Below, in pieces: positions 52,022 to 63,400 of a stretch of DNA of 64,000 bases. Position numbers and translations under genes: made by a program. The notes beneath the pieces are model-generated. The model was not told the DNA's origin, ran no database searches, and saw nothing but the letters and a program-made list of their open reading frames with translations. The stretch spans positions 384,001-448,000 of the forward strand of contig CM000429.1 in the NCBI GenBank assembly GCA_000165345.1, written 5' to 3'. Position 1 is the first letter of the stretch, and the number at the start of each line of letters is the position of its first letter.

Positions 52022-52240
52022 GTAACTAATATAATGAGAAGAAATGTGGATGATATTTTACTGAGAGGTGAAAATCTTAATGATGTTGAAAGAAAAGCCA
52101 ATGATTTAAAATTTGCATCCCTGGAATTTTCTAGAGCTGCAAAAAAGCTTTCATTGCATGCATTAATTCAAAAATATGCACCAATATTGGCCTTATCGGC
52201 TATAGTTTTGATCATCATTATATGGAAGCTTATTTTATAA
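52022..52240 (+). CDS. SEC22: R-SNARE SEC22, exon 2 (SNARE motif plus C-terminal TM)
   Basis: After a 53-nt phase-0 intron (51969..52021, GTATGT...TTCAG), the frame continues VTNIMRRNVDDILLRGENLNDVERKANDLKFASLEFSRAAKKL. This has the R-SNARE zero-layer Arg and a TM anchor, matching Sec22b NIEEVLQRGEAL.... Confidence 0.85.
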   Translation, partial: VTNIMRRNVDDILLRGENLNDVERKANDLKFASLEFSRAAKKLSLHALIQKYAPILALSAIVLIIIIWKLIL

Positions 52241-52433
52241 ATTCAAATTTCTAAATTGCGGAATAAAAAAAACTTTGAACATTAGCGCCATAACTTTTTT
52301 TTTGAAAAAATTTTTGCAAGTATTACGTTTAAAAGTGCTTTATAAATTTTACTTAAAATCAATAGTAAACTCAATTGAGAGCTTTCAATCATTTAATTTA
52401 GTATATCTATTCTCTATATTTTTGGTTTAATCT

Positions 52434-53147
52434 ATGAATTTTATCGTATCCCCAACAGAACAAGAGCTTTACAGCGAGTTAAGTTCTAAATATCCGAGCC
52501 TGCACATTTGCACTCAAACACCACAACTAAAAGGAGTTATGACAATACTTAGAGATGCAAACACTTCAAAAGAAGACTTTGTGTTTTACACAGATAGAAT
52601 ATGTAGAATTGTTCTTGAACATGCTTTAAACCTTCTTCCTTATGATTATAAGGAAATTAAAACCCCAAATGGAATCGAAGTCAAGGGAATTGCATTTAAC
52701 ACTCCCATCTGCGGCGTGAGCCTAATAGGATCTGGTGAAGCGATGGAGAATGCGCTTAGATTTGTATGCAGAGGATGTAGAATAGGGAAGGTGTTATTAA
52801 ATAACTCTTCTGAAAACGAATTTGACAACGCTATTTCTGCAGCATATGTAAAATTACCCGAAGATGTCTCAGAAAGAGTTGTAATCGTAATGAGCCCAGT
52901 GTTAGGAACTGGTAATTCACTATGTTGTTTGATAGAAGTGCTGATAAAGAACAATGTAAAAGAGAAAAATATTATTTGTATGGCACTGCTTTCGTCAAAA
53001 TTAGCAATCGAACGAGTTTTCTCACAATTTCCAGAAATCAGACTTGTAATCTCCTCAATAGATTATAATCTTGATGAAAACATGCAGGTTGTTCCTGGAG
53101 TTGGTAACTTTGGCGATAGATACTTTGGAATTAAATGTAGCAAATAA
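52434..53147 (+). CDS. Uracil phosphoribosyltransferase (UPRT) homologue with a non-canonical PRPP-binding loop
   Basis: Full-length collinearity with UPRT (TQTPQLKGVMTILRDANTSKEDFVFYTDRICRIV...NTPICGVSLIGSGEAMENALRFVCRGCRIGKVLL...VPGVGNFGDRYFG). The PRPP loop reads VVIVMSPVLGTGNS where canonical UPRTs have ...LDPMLATGGS. Confidence 0.82.
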   Translation: MNFIVSPTEQELYSELSSKYPSLHICTQTPQLKGVMTILRDANTSKEDFVFYTDRICRIVLEHALNLLPYDYKEIKTPNGIEVKGIAFNTPICGVSLIGSGEAMENALRFVCRGCRIGKVLLNNSSENEFDNAISAAYVKLPEDVSERVVIVMSPVLGTGNSLCCLIEVLIKNNVKEKNIICMALLSSKLAIERVFSQFPEIRLVISSIDYNLDENMQVVPGVGNFGDRYFGIKCSK

Positions 53148-53191
53148 CTTATAATTTTTGTTTAATTATTTGTAAACTCCCGCATACTATA

Positions 53192-53199
53192 TGCATGCA
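53192..53199. promoter_or_regulatory. TGCATGCA box about 115 bp upstream of the J-domain protein ATG
   Basis: Exact AP2-type octamer in the 167-bp intergenic region. Confidence 0.3.
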
Positions 53200-53314
53200 A
53201 TCTATAACTAATTCCAAAATTAGTGAATAAAAATGATAGAAAAGACTATAAGCTCGAAATTGTGTTTATTACGTACTATAATATGCCAATCTTCTTATAT
53301 ATTGAAAAGTTATT

Positions 53315-54310
53315 ATGAATTTAATAAATAAACTTTACCGAATATATAAGAGAGAAAAAAAGGAGGACTTAAGAATAAGTGACAAAGAAGAGCCATTAAT
53401 AATATCAAAAACAAGAATGGCACTATTAGAACTAGAAATTAAAACTTTAGCTTACATTCTTTCTAGAGAATTAAAAACGAGTTCTCAAATTTCTAATCTA
53501 TCCGAAATCAAATGGGCAGAAATTACCACTGATGACTTGGATAGACTTGAATCCATCTTGTTTGAAAATGTCTACGAAATAGAAATTAACCCGATAGTTA
53601 AGTCATTAATCTCTATTTTGAGAGGACTATTAGATACACGTAACAAGTTTTTTAATGGCAAAGCGATGCCGTTCTATGTAAAATTAAAGAATGAGAATGT
53701 TCAAAGTACATTTATTTTAGAAGAAAGCGTTAATTTTCCATTTAGAAACGATAGATTAATCAAACAATGTGAAAATATAAACTCTAGTAATGCTACTCCA
53801 AAATCATATTTCTCTTCAAGAACCCCAAGAAACCTTCCAGACTTTAATCAAAAGGTAGAATTGCCAATTAAAAGTAGGTCGAACCATATAAATTTAATTT
53901 CTTCAACTCCAAGAAGTACTTCGTGTCAAACACCTAGGACAAAGAATCACATGAAACATACGAATTTAGATTATTCTACACCAAAATCCGAAATAAATAA
54001 AAAAAATTATTATATTTTTAGTGATTCAAATACCCCAAGAAGAAGCTCAAAAACTGGAATTTGTGGCAATTCGAAAATATCTAACAACCAGCAAGGAAGT
54101 ATAATGGCAGCAAAAGCGCTGCTTGGGTTAAGTGTTAATATACCTGCAACTGAGCAAGATATTAGAAAGGCATATTTGAAGGCAGCAATGAAGTGGCATC
54201 CTGATAAGATGAACTCAAGTACAAATGGGAAATCGCATATTTGTTTTACTGCAATTCAAAACGCAATGGAAATATTATTGCAAAATATTTCCAAAAATGG
54301 AGAGGTTTAA
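53315..54310 (+). CDS. J-domain (DnaJ-like) protein with a C-terminal J domain
   Basis: The C-terminus AAKALLGLSVNIPATEQDIRKAYLKAAMKWHPDKMNSST...AIQNAMEIL contains the HPD tripeptide and helix II/III pattern. The N-terminal 250 aa are Ser/Thr/basic-rich and unassigned. Confidence 0.72.
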   Translation: MNLINKLYRIYKREKKEDLRISDKEEPLIISKTRMALLELEIKTLAYILSRELKTSSQISNLSEIKWAEITTDDLDRLESILFENVYEIEINPIVKSLISILRGLLDTRNKFFNGKAMPFYVKLKNENVQSTFILEESVNFPFRNDRLIKQCENINSSNATPKSYFSSRTPRNLPDFNQKVELPIKSRSNHINLISSTPRSTSCQTPRTKNHMKHTNLDYSTPKSEINKKNYYIFSDSNTPRRSSKTGICGNSKISNNQQGSIMAAKALLGLSVNIPATEQDIRKAYLKAAMKWHPDKMNSSTNGKSHICFTAIQNAMEILLQNISKNGEV

Positions 54311-54387
54311 AATTTCAGTAATTTGGTACAAACCATTTTTGAAAAAAGTTTATTGGCCATCTGAAAAATAATTAATGCAAATCAAGT

Positions 54388-54414
54388 GGCGGGAATTTTC
54401 AAATTTGTCCCCGC
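54388..54414. promoter_or_regulatory. Inverted pair of E2F-like sites (GGCGGGAA-N11-GTCCCCGC) about 70 to 95 bp upstream of the giant SPRY/UBA gene ATG
   Basis: TGGCGGGAATTTTCAAATTTGTCCCCGC. The GGCGGGAA half-site matches the apicomplexan E2F-type motif (TTTGGCGGGAAA). The second half is its imperfect reverse complement. Confidence 0.3.
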
Positions 54415-54482
54415 ATTACATAATTGCATGTAATAACTGTCCATATGGAAGACTTAGATTAAAAAGATTTATTTAATTTCAG

Positions 54483-57400
54483 ATGGGAAATAATATTGAT
54501 TTAATTACTTATGAACAATCAAATTATGAAGTTAATGAGTTAGATAAGCTGTATTTGCAACTAGGAAATTATATTGGAAGAAAGGATGAAAATATTTATA
54601 TAAGAGAATTATTAAAGTACTTCTTACAAAATTATTATGACTTAAATCCTAATATAATTGAAGATTGGTGGAAGAGGCGCGAACAGCTATTCCTGAGTGT
54701 TGATGAACTAATTTGGAGTAACCCAAAAATGTTTGATGATTCACTTTGTGAACTAAATTTTGCAACTGAAGAAATGAAAACTTTGACAATGACGTCAAAT
54801 ACGAAAAATAAAATTTCCAAATACTTAGAAAAATTAAATTGTATTATTAATGATGAATTTTCAATTGTAGGCAGTTTTAATTGGGAAGAATATATTGGTA
54901 TTAGATTACAATGTTATGTTAACTTGATGATTACATTGAGAAGGCTTCAACTGAAATTATTGGATTATGATAAAAATAATTATTTTGGACTAAATAAACT
55001 ACTATTTAAGACCAATCAATCCAGTGAAGATATTTTTTTTCTTATAAATAAGGTTTTTAATGAAAATTTTGTAAATTTGGAAACTTATACAAAAATTAAT
55101 CAAGTATTTTTGAAACAAAAATTAACAAATAACTTTAAACGGGAAAAATTAAATTTTATACCTGAAGATGAAATTTTGAACCATTTTATGAATTTTACAA
55201 TTCCTAAATCATTAGATGAAATATATAAAAAAAATACTTCAAGTTCCGAAATTGTACTTCTCGTTAGATGTGTTCTTGGATATATTTGGAGCTATTATAA
55301 AGTCATTTTTTTATCAAATGAGTCAGTTCAGAACCAAATTTTTCTTAATGTTGACAATTTATTTCCAAAGGAAATAATTACAGGTACTACAGATAAAAAC
55401 GCTATGTTATGTTTAAGTGAAGTAATAAAAACGCTGTTAATAAATATAATATTCAACTCAATGATTAGTGAATCCAACGAAAACTTGTGTTTACTAGAAG
55501 ATTTAATTAAACTAGTCCTACAGCTTGGAAACAATATTTTATTATCAGTTTGTGAAAATAAAAGCTCAATGAACAAATGCTTTGTTTTTGGAAGTAATAA
55601 AGTAACCAATTCTGATCTCGAAAACAAAAGCTTATTAATGAAAATGCTTGAGAACATGTTTTCTGAAGATGGATTTTTTGTTAGTATAGTTAAAATTTGT
55701 TTGATCGCTATTTCAATATTAACCACAGGAGTTAATCATTTTCTAGCAAAAAATGGGCAGAAAGAGTCAAATGCTAATCAAAACTTAAGTGAAAATTACA
55801 AAAACAATGTAAAAAATTCGCAAAAGTGTAGCTATTTCTCAAATGATATATGTATTATTACAATAATTATGAGATTGGTCAGTGAATGCAAATATTTAAT
55901 GCAACGATTGTGGAATTTATATATGTTTCTATCAAATGAAGTGAATTGTTGCAATTCACCTGATTTAATTAAGGAAGAAATATATTGTTACGGGCCCATG
56001 CAATTTCATTCTTCTCCAAGAAATACCTTTATTGTTGAATTCCATGAAAAACATTCAATCGGCACTATTAATGATTCGCAAAATAAATTAAATAAGAAAT
56101 TTGAATTGGAAGTTCTGGAAAAACATAAATATTATTGGAAGCTTATACGGGTTCAAAATGCTTCTCATATAATTATATTATTTGATAGCAACTGCTCTAC
56201 AGAAAAGAATACGGATATTTTAGAAATTTTTTGGTCACGGGAAAATTATTCAAGTGATAGAATCAATAAAAATTTTAATGATTTAAGATCTCAATATAAT
56301 GAATCTTTATTTGGAAAGCTTTCTGGACCTAAACACTTGTGGCCAAAAAAGCCTACTATTTATGAAGGAAATACGCTATTAGTTGTTTTTCGCACGTCAA
56401 TTGAATCTTTAGATCAAATTAGTGATGATAAGTGGGGATTCAGAATTTATTTCCAATGCCATTATTGGGATCAAGTGATTGAAAATAAAATAAGCCATAA
56501 AATATCTGATAATAAAACAGAATTCAAGCATAGAGAAATATTGCTATATAATCTAAAAGAAGTATTTATTTTTTCTGCTGTTGCTGTTTCATCAAGCTTA
56601 AGTTTTATGTTACGTGGTCCAAACATTAAAAGAATCGAAAGAAACTTCAACGAAATTTTGGATTCTCTACTTTTTGCTGGTGGGTTAGATATAAATTATG
56701 AAAAAGAGTTTCCACATTTTTCCAACTTGAAAAAAAGTGATTTAGTACCTTTTAATACGGGAAATAAAAATTTGGTTACTTTTGCTGACTTCAATTCTCA
56801 TTCAATGGCACTGATCGATTCTAAAAATAGTATGCATGGTTCTTTGCTGAAAAATGGAATAACTCTAGACAAAAAAGTTAATAATGATCTATTTTACAGA
56901 TTTTTACCTAATATTGATGAAATTAAAGACCAAATTATTAATAATTTGCACTGGGGATTCATAGTTAACTTTGTTTTAAGTCTTTCATCTATTATCCACT
57001 ACAATGCAAAAAAAAATCATTTTAATTTATCAATTGAATTAATGAATGACAAAACATTTATGAAAATTGTAAAAAATGATTCAATAACTGCAAGATTTGG
57101 CAGCGAAAAACTTTCAATGGTGGTTAGATCTTATATATCCTGTTATTTGCATCATCTGGGACTTTATTACAATATTTTTCAGCTATGTGAGAGCCTATTT
57201 AATTTTGGTCTTGGTCTAGAGAGAATAATTCAATTGGCTTGGGAATTTTATTCAAATAATAACTTAGAACACATTTATAACGATTTTTTATTTGAATTTA
57301 TAATAAAATTCATACTAAAACAAGAATCTTGCCAACCTCTTTTAAATGTTTGGACACTGGGAAGAAAATTTAGATCTTGGATAATTATGGAAAAACATAA

Positions 57401-60400
57401 AATTGAGATTAATCAGCCAGAAGAAAAAATAATATACGAATCTAGAAACAGTATTGAAACAGATTTTGACGGTTTACTTAAATCTATTATTTGTAATACA
57501 TCTTTAATTCTAAATTTGGTACCTTTTTCTGGAAGTAAGCATGCTTCAATTTACTCTAAAAATGATTTAAATAGGAGCGAAAACTTTATGGATAATCTTT
57601 ACGAAGATGCATCTAATAATTATGATATTGGTGGATCCAAATATGTATTTTATCCAAATAGAAATATATGTTTGGTTTTAGAATCGATAATTGGTTTTAA
57701 TAAGTATGAGTTATTATTGAATAAATGCTATACAGAAAAATCAAAATCGTTAGTGAATTTTGAAAGTAATAAAGATTCAGTTATTGATACCAAATCAAGT
57801 TTCTTAGATTATAATGAATTGGAAAAATTAAATAACAGTCAAGTAATCAGAGAAATCTGTGATGGAATTGAAAATTTAATTAAATCAGCAAACTACTTTG
57901 GAAAAATGAAATATAATGAATCTGAAGAAAGCTTTTTTGGAATGGATACCGTCCTTTGCATTAGGAGATTTCGTGCAATTTCACGCTTTGAAGCATTTAG
58001 AATACTCTCTACTTTGTTTAACGATGAGAATATTAATGAATTTCTTCTCACCTCATTAATTAAAAGCATAAGATCCATGGGTGAGGAGACACTATGTTTT
58101 TCACCAATAAATAATTACAACGAAACTGGAATATTGGAGTCTCATACGCATAATTATCTTTATTTCTCAAGTGAATATTATAAAAAAGATGAAAATCATC
58201 GTACTTTGGAAGTTCATTACTCAGATAACTTGGTTGGATGCGGCAAAAAAGTACAGAAACAGGTTAAGGATGCGTATTTTAAATTGTTACATTCATTAAT
58301 AAATGGTAAAGCAGTAGCTTCAAAAGGAGCTGAGATTTTAAAAATGAGTTTGTTCGCTTATTTTGCATTGAAAAAGGCCGAGAGTTATGATTTTTTAAAA
58401 ACTGGCTTTCCTGATAGAATTCTATACTTAATGACTGGTTGTAACAAGAGCTGTGAATTAGGAAATGAATGCATACCATCAGTTTCACTTGGCCCCTATC
58501 CAGTATTCCTGGTCTATTCAATTATATGTTTAAAATGTTCCCTGCAAGAAAACTCAGCAATTAAGCTATCTTTAATATTTTCTTCATTTGTAGGGCTTTC
58601 TCACTCCATTTCAATATCTGGTGAATTTAAAGGGCAATTGACGTCAAGAGAACTTTGGAGAATTAGCGAGATTTACTTCATGGGAAAAATATTAATTCTC
58701 ACATCAAAAATGACCAATTTTTTGAAAAAAATTGAAATTTCAAAAACAGAACAAAAAATATATTTGGAATATTTTAAATATATTTTTAATAGAAGACATA
58801 ATATTAACTCTTCAATTAAATCTCCCGAATTGATTGATGATTTGTTTGTAAAATTTTTTTATATTAAACCAAGTATTCTTTCTAATATTATTTGCAGAGC
58901 TTTAGATTCAAGTAACCAAATACTACACTTTTACTGTATCAAATTTTTATGGAAATTTCTTCCATTAACTTCGACAAAGGATTTCTTAGAACAATACTCT
59001 CGGAGGTTAATTCCAAATAATTACTTAATAAAGTCTAAAACTCTTGAAAAATTAAACTATATCGATTGCTTTGAAGGCTATTTAGAAAAAATAGGCCAAT
59101 CATTGGTTTTATTTAACAGTTTTGAAGAAGAATCCAAGATTCATCCTCCAGCAGTATTGGTTAATTCTTTAGAAACTGGACTCTTATATTCGTTCAATGA
59201 TCAATTGGGATCTTTATTAGATAATAATAACAGATTTATAAATAATAATGATGACTTTTATAAAAATATAATATTTTTGTTAAGGTTAATTGCATTGTAT
59301 TCAGAAAAGAATGAACAGAAATATAATGAAGTCAGCTTTAAAAAAATAGATCTAGAGCTAATACATATGGGATTTGTCCAATTATTATCCGAACAGATAT
59401 ATAAAATTCCAACTTTGCTTGATTCACTATTAAATCTCGACGAACATTTAAAACTCGAAGAAGTTTATAGATGTATTGGAATGCTTGCTGTAATAATAGA
59501 TGATTATGATTTTGAAACTCATGTTGGAAAACTGATCCATTTTCAAGAAAATCAATTAATTGAAAGTAAGAATGAAATCAGTAAAATGGGGATATTGATT
59601 TCTAATAATCCACTTAAAAAAGAATACTCCATTTTAATTAATGATTTCAAGTCTATTGAAGTAAAGAAATTCTCTTATAACTCTATAAATATATTGAATA
59701 AAACTAATATATCTTTCCCTATGAAATTTATTATTTCTAAATTAAATTTTGATATAATAAAAATAATAACTAGTATATTGAAAATTTCATTTCAATATTT
59801 ATCCAGTTTATCTACAAATATTGATAATTTGGAAAAGTATTTTTCGATAAAAATTATGGAATATGGTGCAACAATTTCAAATTTGGAGAAAAAAAAGCTA
59901 GTTGCTTTACAAATTATTTCGATGAGTTTGAGTTTTATTAATATGTTGATTGACAATGGGTACATTTCTACATTAAACCTCAGCAATGATCGGAATGTAA
60001 ATCAATTAATTGAACTAATAAATGCAATAACTAAGATTGGAATTGTAAATTTGCCGTCTATAAATGAAAAAGATGGAATATCAAGCAATATTTCAATAAT
60101 TTTAAGTAGAAGATTTATTCAACGAACTCTTCAAAAGAATCAATTTTCTAGTTCAGGTTACTACCCAATATTTAAAAAGTCTACTCAAGCGGATTTACTC
60201 AAAAATTCGCCTTATACAAATATTATGCTAACACTTCCAACAAAATGGGAAATTAAGAACCAATGTTTTTATTTTAAAAACAAAAATACAATAATTTTTA
60301 ATATCAATCATCACTTGTTTCAAGATAAAGGAAATTCAACAATGTTTACTGCAAATTGTTATATTCCAACGTTACTTTCCTTTTACTATTTTGAAATTAA

Positions 60401-63400
60401 TTTCTCATTTAGTGATGAAATGCCAAGGCACAACGAACTGAAGACAAATTTTTGTTTTTTGAGTGAATTGGATCTTGCATTCTGTGTTTGTATAGGGTTA
60501 TATAGAGATGGCTGCCAAAAAGGAATTTCGGGTTCATTCGGCAGTTATGCATATAAAAACACAGGAAAACTTGTGCATGGTTGCGATGAGAAAGAATTTA
60601 GTGAACAAAAAGTCGAAAATTTCTGTATTGGAGATACTGTTGGCTGTGGGATTGATTTCACAAATAAAGTTGTATTTTTTACAAAGAATGGTAGGATAAT
60701 TCGTTATCAAAGTAGTCAGTATACTTTTATGCAAGAATCTCTGTGCAAAAAAAAGAGTGATTACCCGAAATTTAACAATGTAATGGGTCATTTCAAGCCT
60801 GCTATTTGGATTGAAAGGTCTAAATATGATTTTGATACAAACAAATATTTGATTGTTAATGCAAATTTTGGTCAAGAATTGTTTAAATATAAATATATTA
60901 ACAAACTCAATTCCAATAACATACTTTCTTTAGAAAATGAAGAATTATCAATTTTCAGAAATAATAGTGAACAATTAACTTTTAATAACTTTCTATGTAA
61001 TAACTATAGTGAATTGAGCAAAGCGGAATTAAATAGAAGAACTTTGGCTTTTGAGTTACATGAAATAATTAATAACGATAATTTTCCATTATCTGTATGT
61101 ATTCATGCATTAGAAAACTGCAAAGATAATTTAGAATTAGCAGCTAATTGGCTATTAGAGAAAAATTTTCAAAATTCAAGTTCAACATCAATACCAAGTG
61201 AATTTCATTTTTCTTCAGATTCAACAAATAGTGGGATAAAAACATGTTCTGATGGAACAAAATGTAATAAAGTAATTTATTCTGAAAAAGAGTATTTAAT
61301 CGACAAATTAATTAGTTCAAAAAACAAAAGCACTGAATATCATTCTAGCAAATATTTTGAGTTAATTAATACTTTTATATTTAATAAGTATAATCAAGAA
61401 TTAAACTTTATCAAAGATAATTACTTTGAAATATCAAAATACTTTCTCATTTTTGGCTCATTTGGAGAAAATCCCCTTCATAGAATTGAGAACTACGTTT
61501 TAACCAATTATTCTCAAAACGTTAATATTCAAAATTATTTATCAGGCGATATTTGGTTTAATTCACAATTTGATTTTCAAGGATATGACAGAAAAAATCT
61601 GCCGAGTGAATTTGTAGAGCAACAAATATCAAATTTAACATTACAACTATTACATAAAAGAAATTCATTTACAGGAGCATCTTTTTCCCAGAAAACAAAA
61701 AAAAACTCTTTCTTACCTGGAACAATAGTTGAAATTGCACAAAATTTTAAATACTGGATATGTGGTGTTGAAGAAAACGATTGTTTTGCTTCAGAAATTA
61801 TCTCAATGAAAAGTATGGGCACTATTATTGATTTAAACAACTCACCCAAATGTAGAATTATTTATTTCTTAAGAAAGCTTTCAAAATTTACAGGGGTTGT
61901 TTGGTCGTGTAGTCAAATTACAAACTCAACATTAGTACAATTTTTTGATTATTACTCGCTTGTTTATTATTTAGTAAATTTACCATCTAATTTTTTAATT
62001 GAAACATCGACTAATATTGGACTTAGCAATGAAAGGGTTACATACAATAAAGGAACAAAGCTTAAGGCATTCCAGGATTACATCGAAAACATTTTTTCAT
62101 CTAACATTCATAACGAAAATGGAAGGACATTTTTTTATGGTAGATTACCACAAGTATTTCACTTATACTTTAAGTTTGAGCTGATTAAATGTATACAATC
62201 AACTAGAGAAGCTATATCAAAGAATTTAAATAAAGTTCATAAGTACTTGTTTGGTCAAAGCAATCATAAGCGTTTAAATTCTCTTGAAAATATTCTCCAA
62301 ATATTTAAATTAGTCTTTGGAAGTAAATGCCCTAAAATTTCTGATTATTTTGTACCCATGTATACGAAGGAAAGATTATTTTCTATATATTATACAAATT
62401 TATTAAATCAAGAAAATATGATTGGCTATACTCGGTTTCTAGAGGAATTTCCAAAGAAAGAGACAATCAAATTTACTGATATTATACTTAGGGAATATAT
62501 TTCAACAATTAAAGCTGGAATTTATTCTGAAATTCCAATTATAAAGATTGAAACTACTCATCCATGTGAATGTTTGATTGACAAAAAATACGATATTTCA
62601 TTTAAGGACTGTGACTATTTTTTTGCGATATTTGATCCGCTTTGCGAAATTAGCTCTGACAATTTGTCGTTTTTTAAAATTACTTTCAATGATTGCTTAG
62701 ACGGGAAAAAAATCACATTATTAAAAGCGACAGGAAGAGGCTTAAGTGGATGTAAACTAGTCATACCAACAAATTTATTTACTATTTACTTGGTAACATC
62801 TTCTCAAAATAACAATAAATATGGTATTAAAGCTTGTTTTATTCCAATGAGATATTCAATAAGCGATTACAAATTAATGGAAAACAAAAATATTCATTTT
62901 TCCTATATATTATTGGATTTAATTCTTAAAAACGTTGGAAATAATATTGATATAACTCATATAAAAAAAATTGTTGAAATATTACTTTTTGTATTGTTTG
63001 AAATACACATTCCCAAACAAATTTACTCATGCAAGCAAATATCCAACAAGAATATCTCATCATTTAGTTCAAAAGAAGAAAAAGTCATTCCGATACAAAA
63101 CTCATTCATTCATATAGTTCAACAATTGATTAATATTTTTATTAAATACCCAGAAGTTATATGTAATATTTCCCAAAAGAGCATTGTTATTTTAGATTAC
63201 TTAAACACATTCTTTAATATTGTTTATCTAATTCAAATGGACCAATTACAAATTGTGACAAACCATGGGAGAAATGTTAATATTAAATATTGCATTATGT
63301 TACAACTGCATTATTTGTTATTTTTTTATAAAAATAATAAAATGGATTTTTTAATAAATAATAAATATTCCCGAGAGTCTAATTTTGGTAAGCTATCAAA

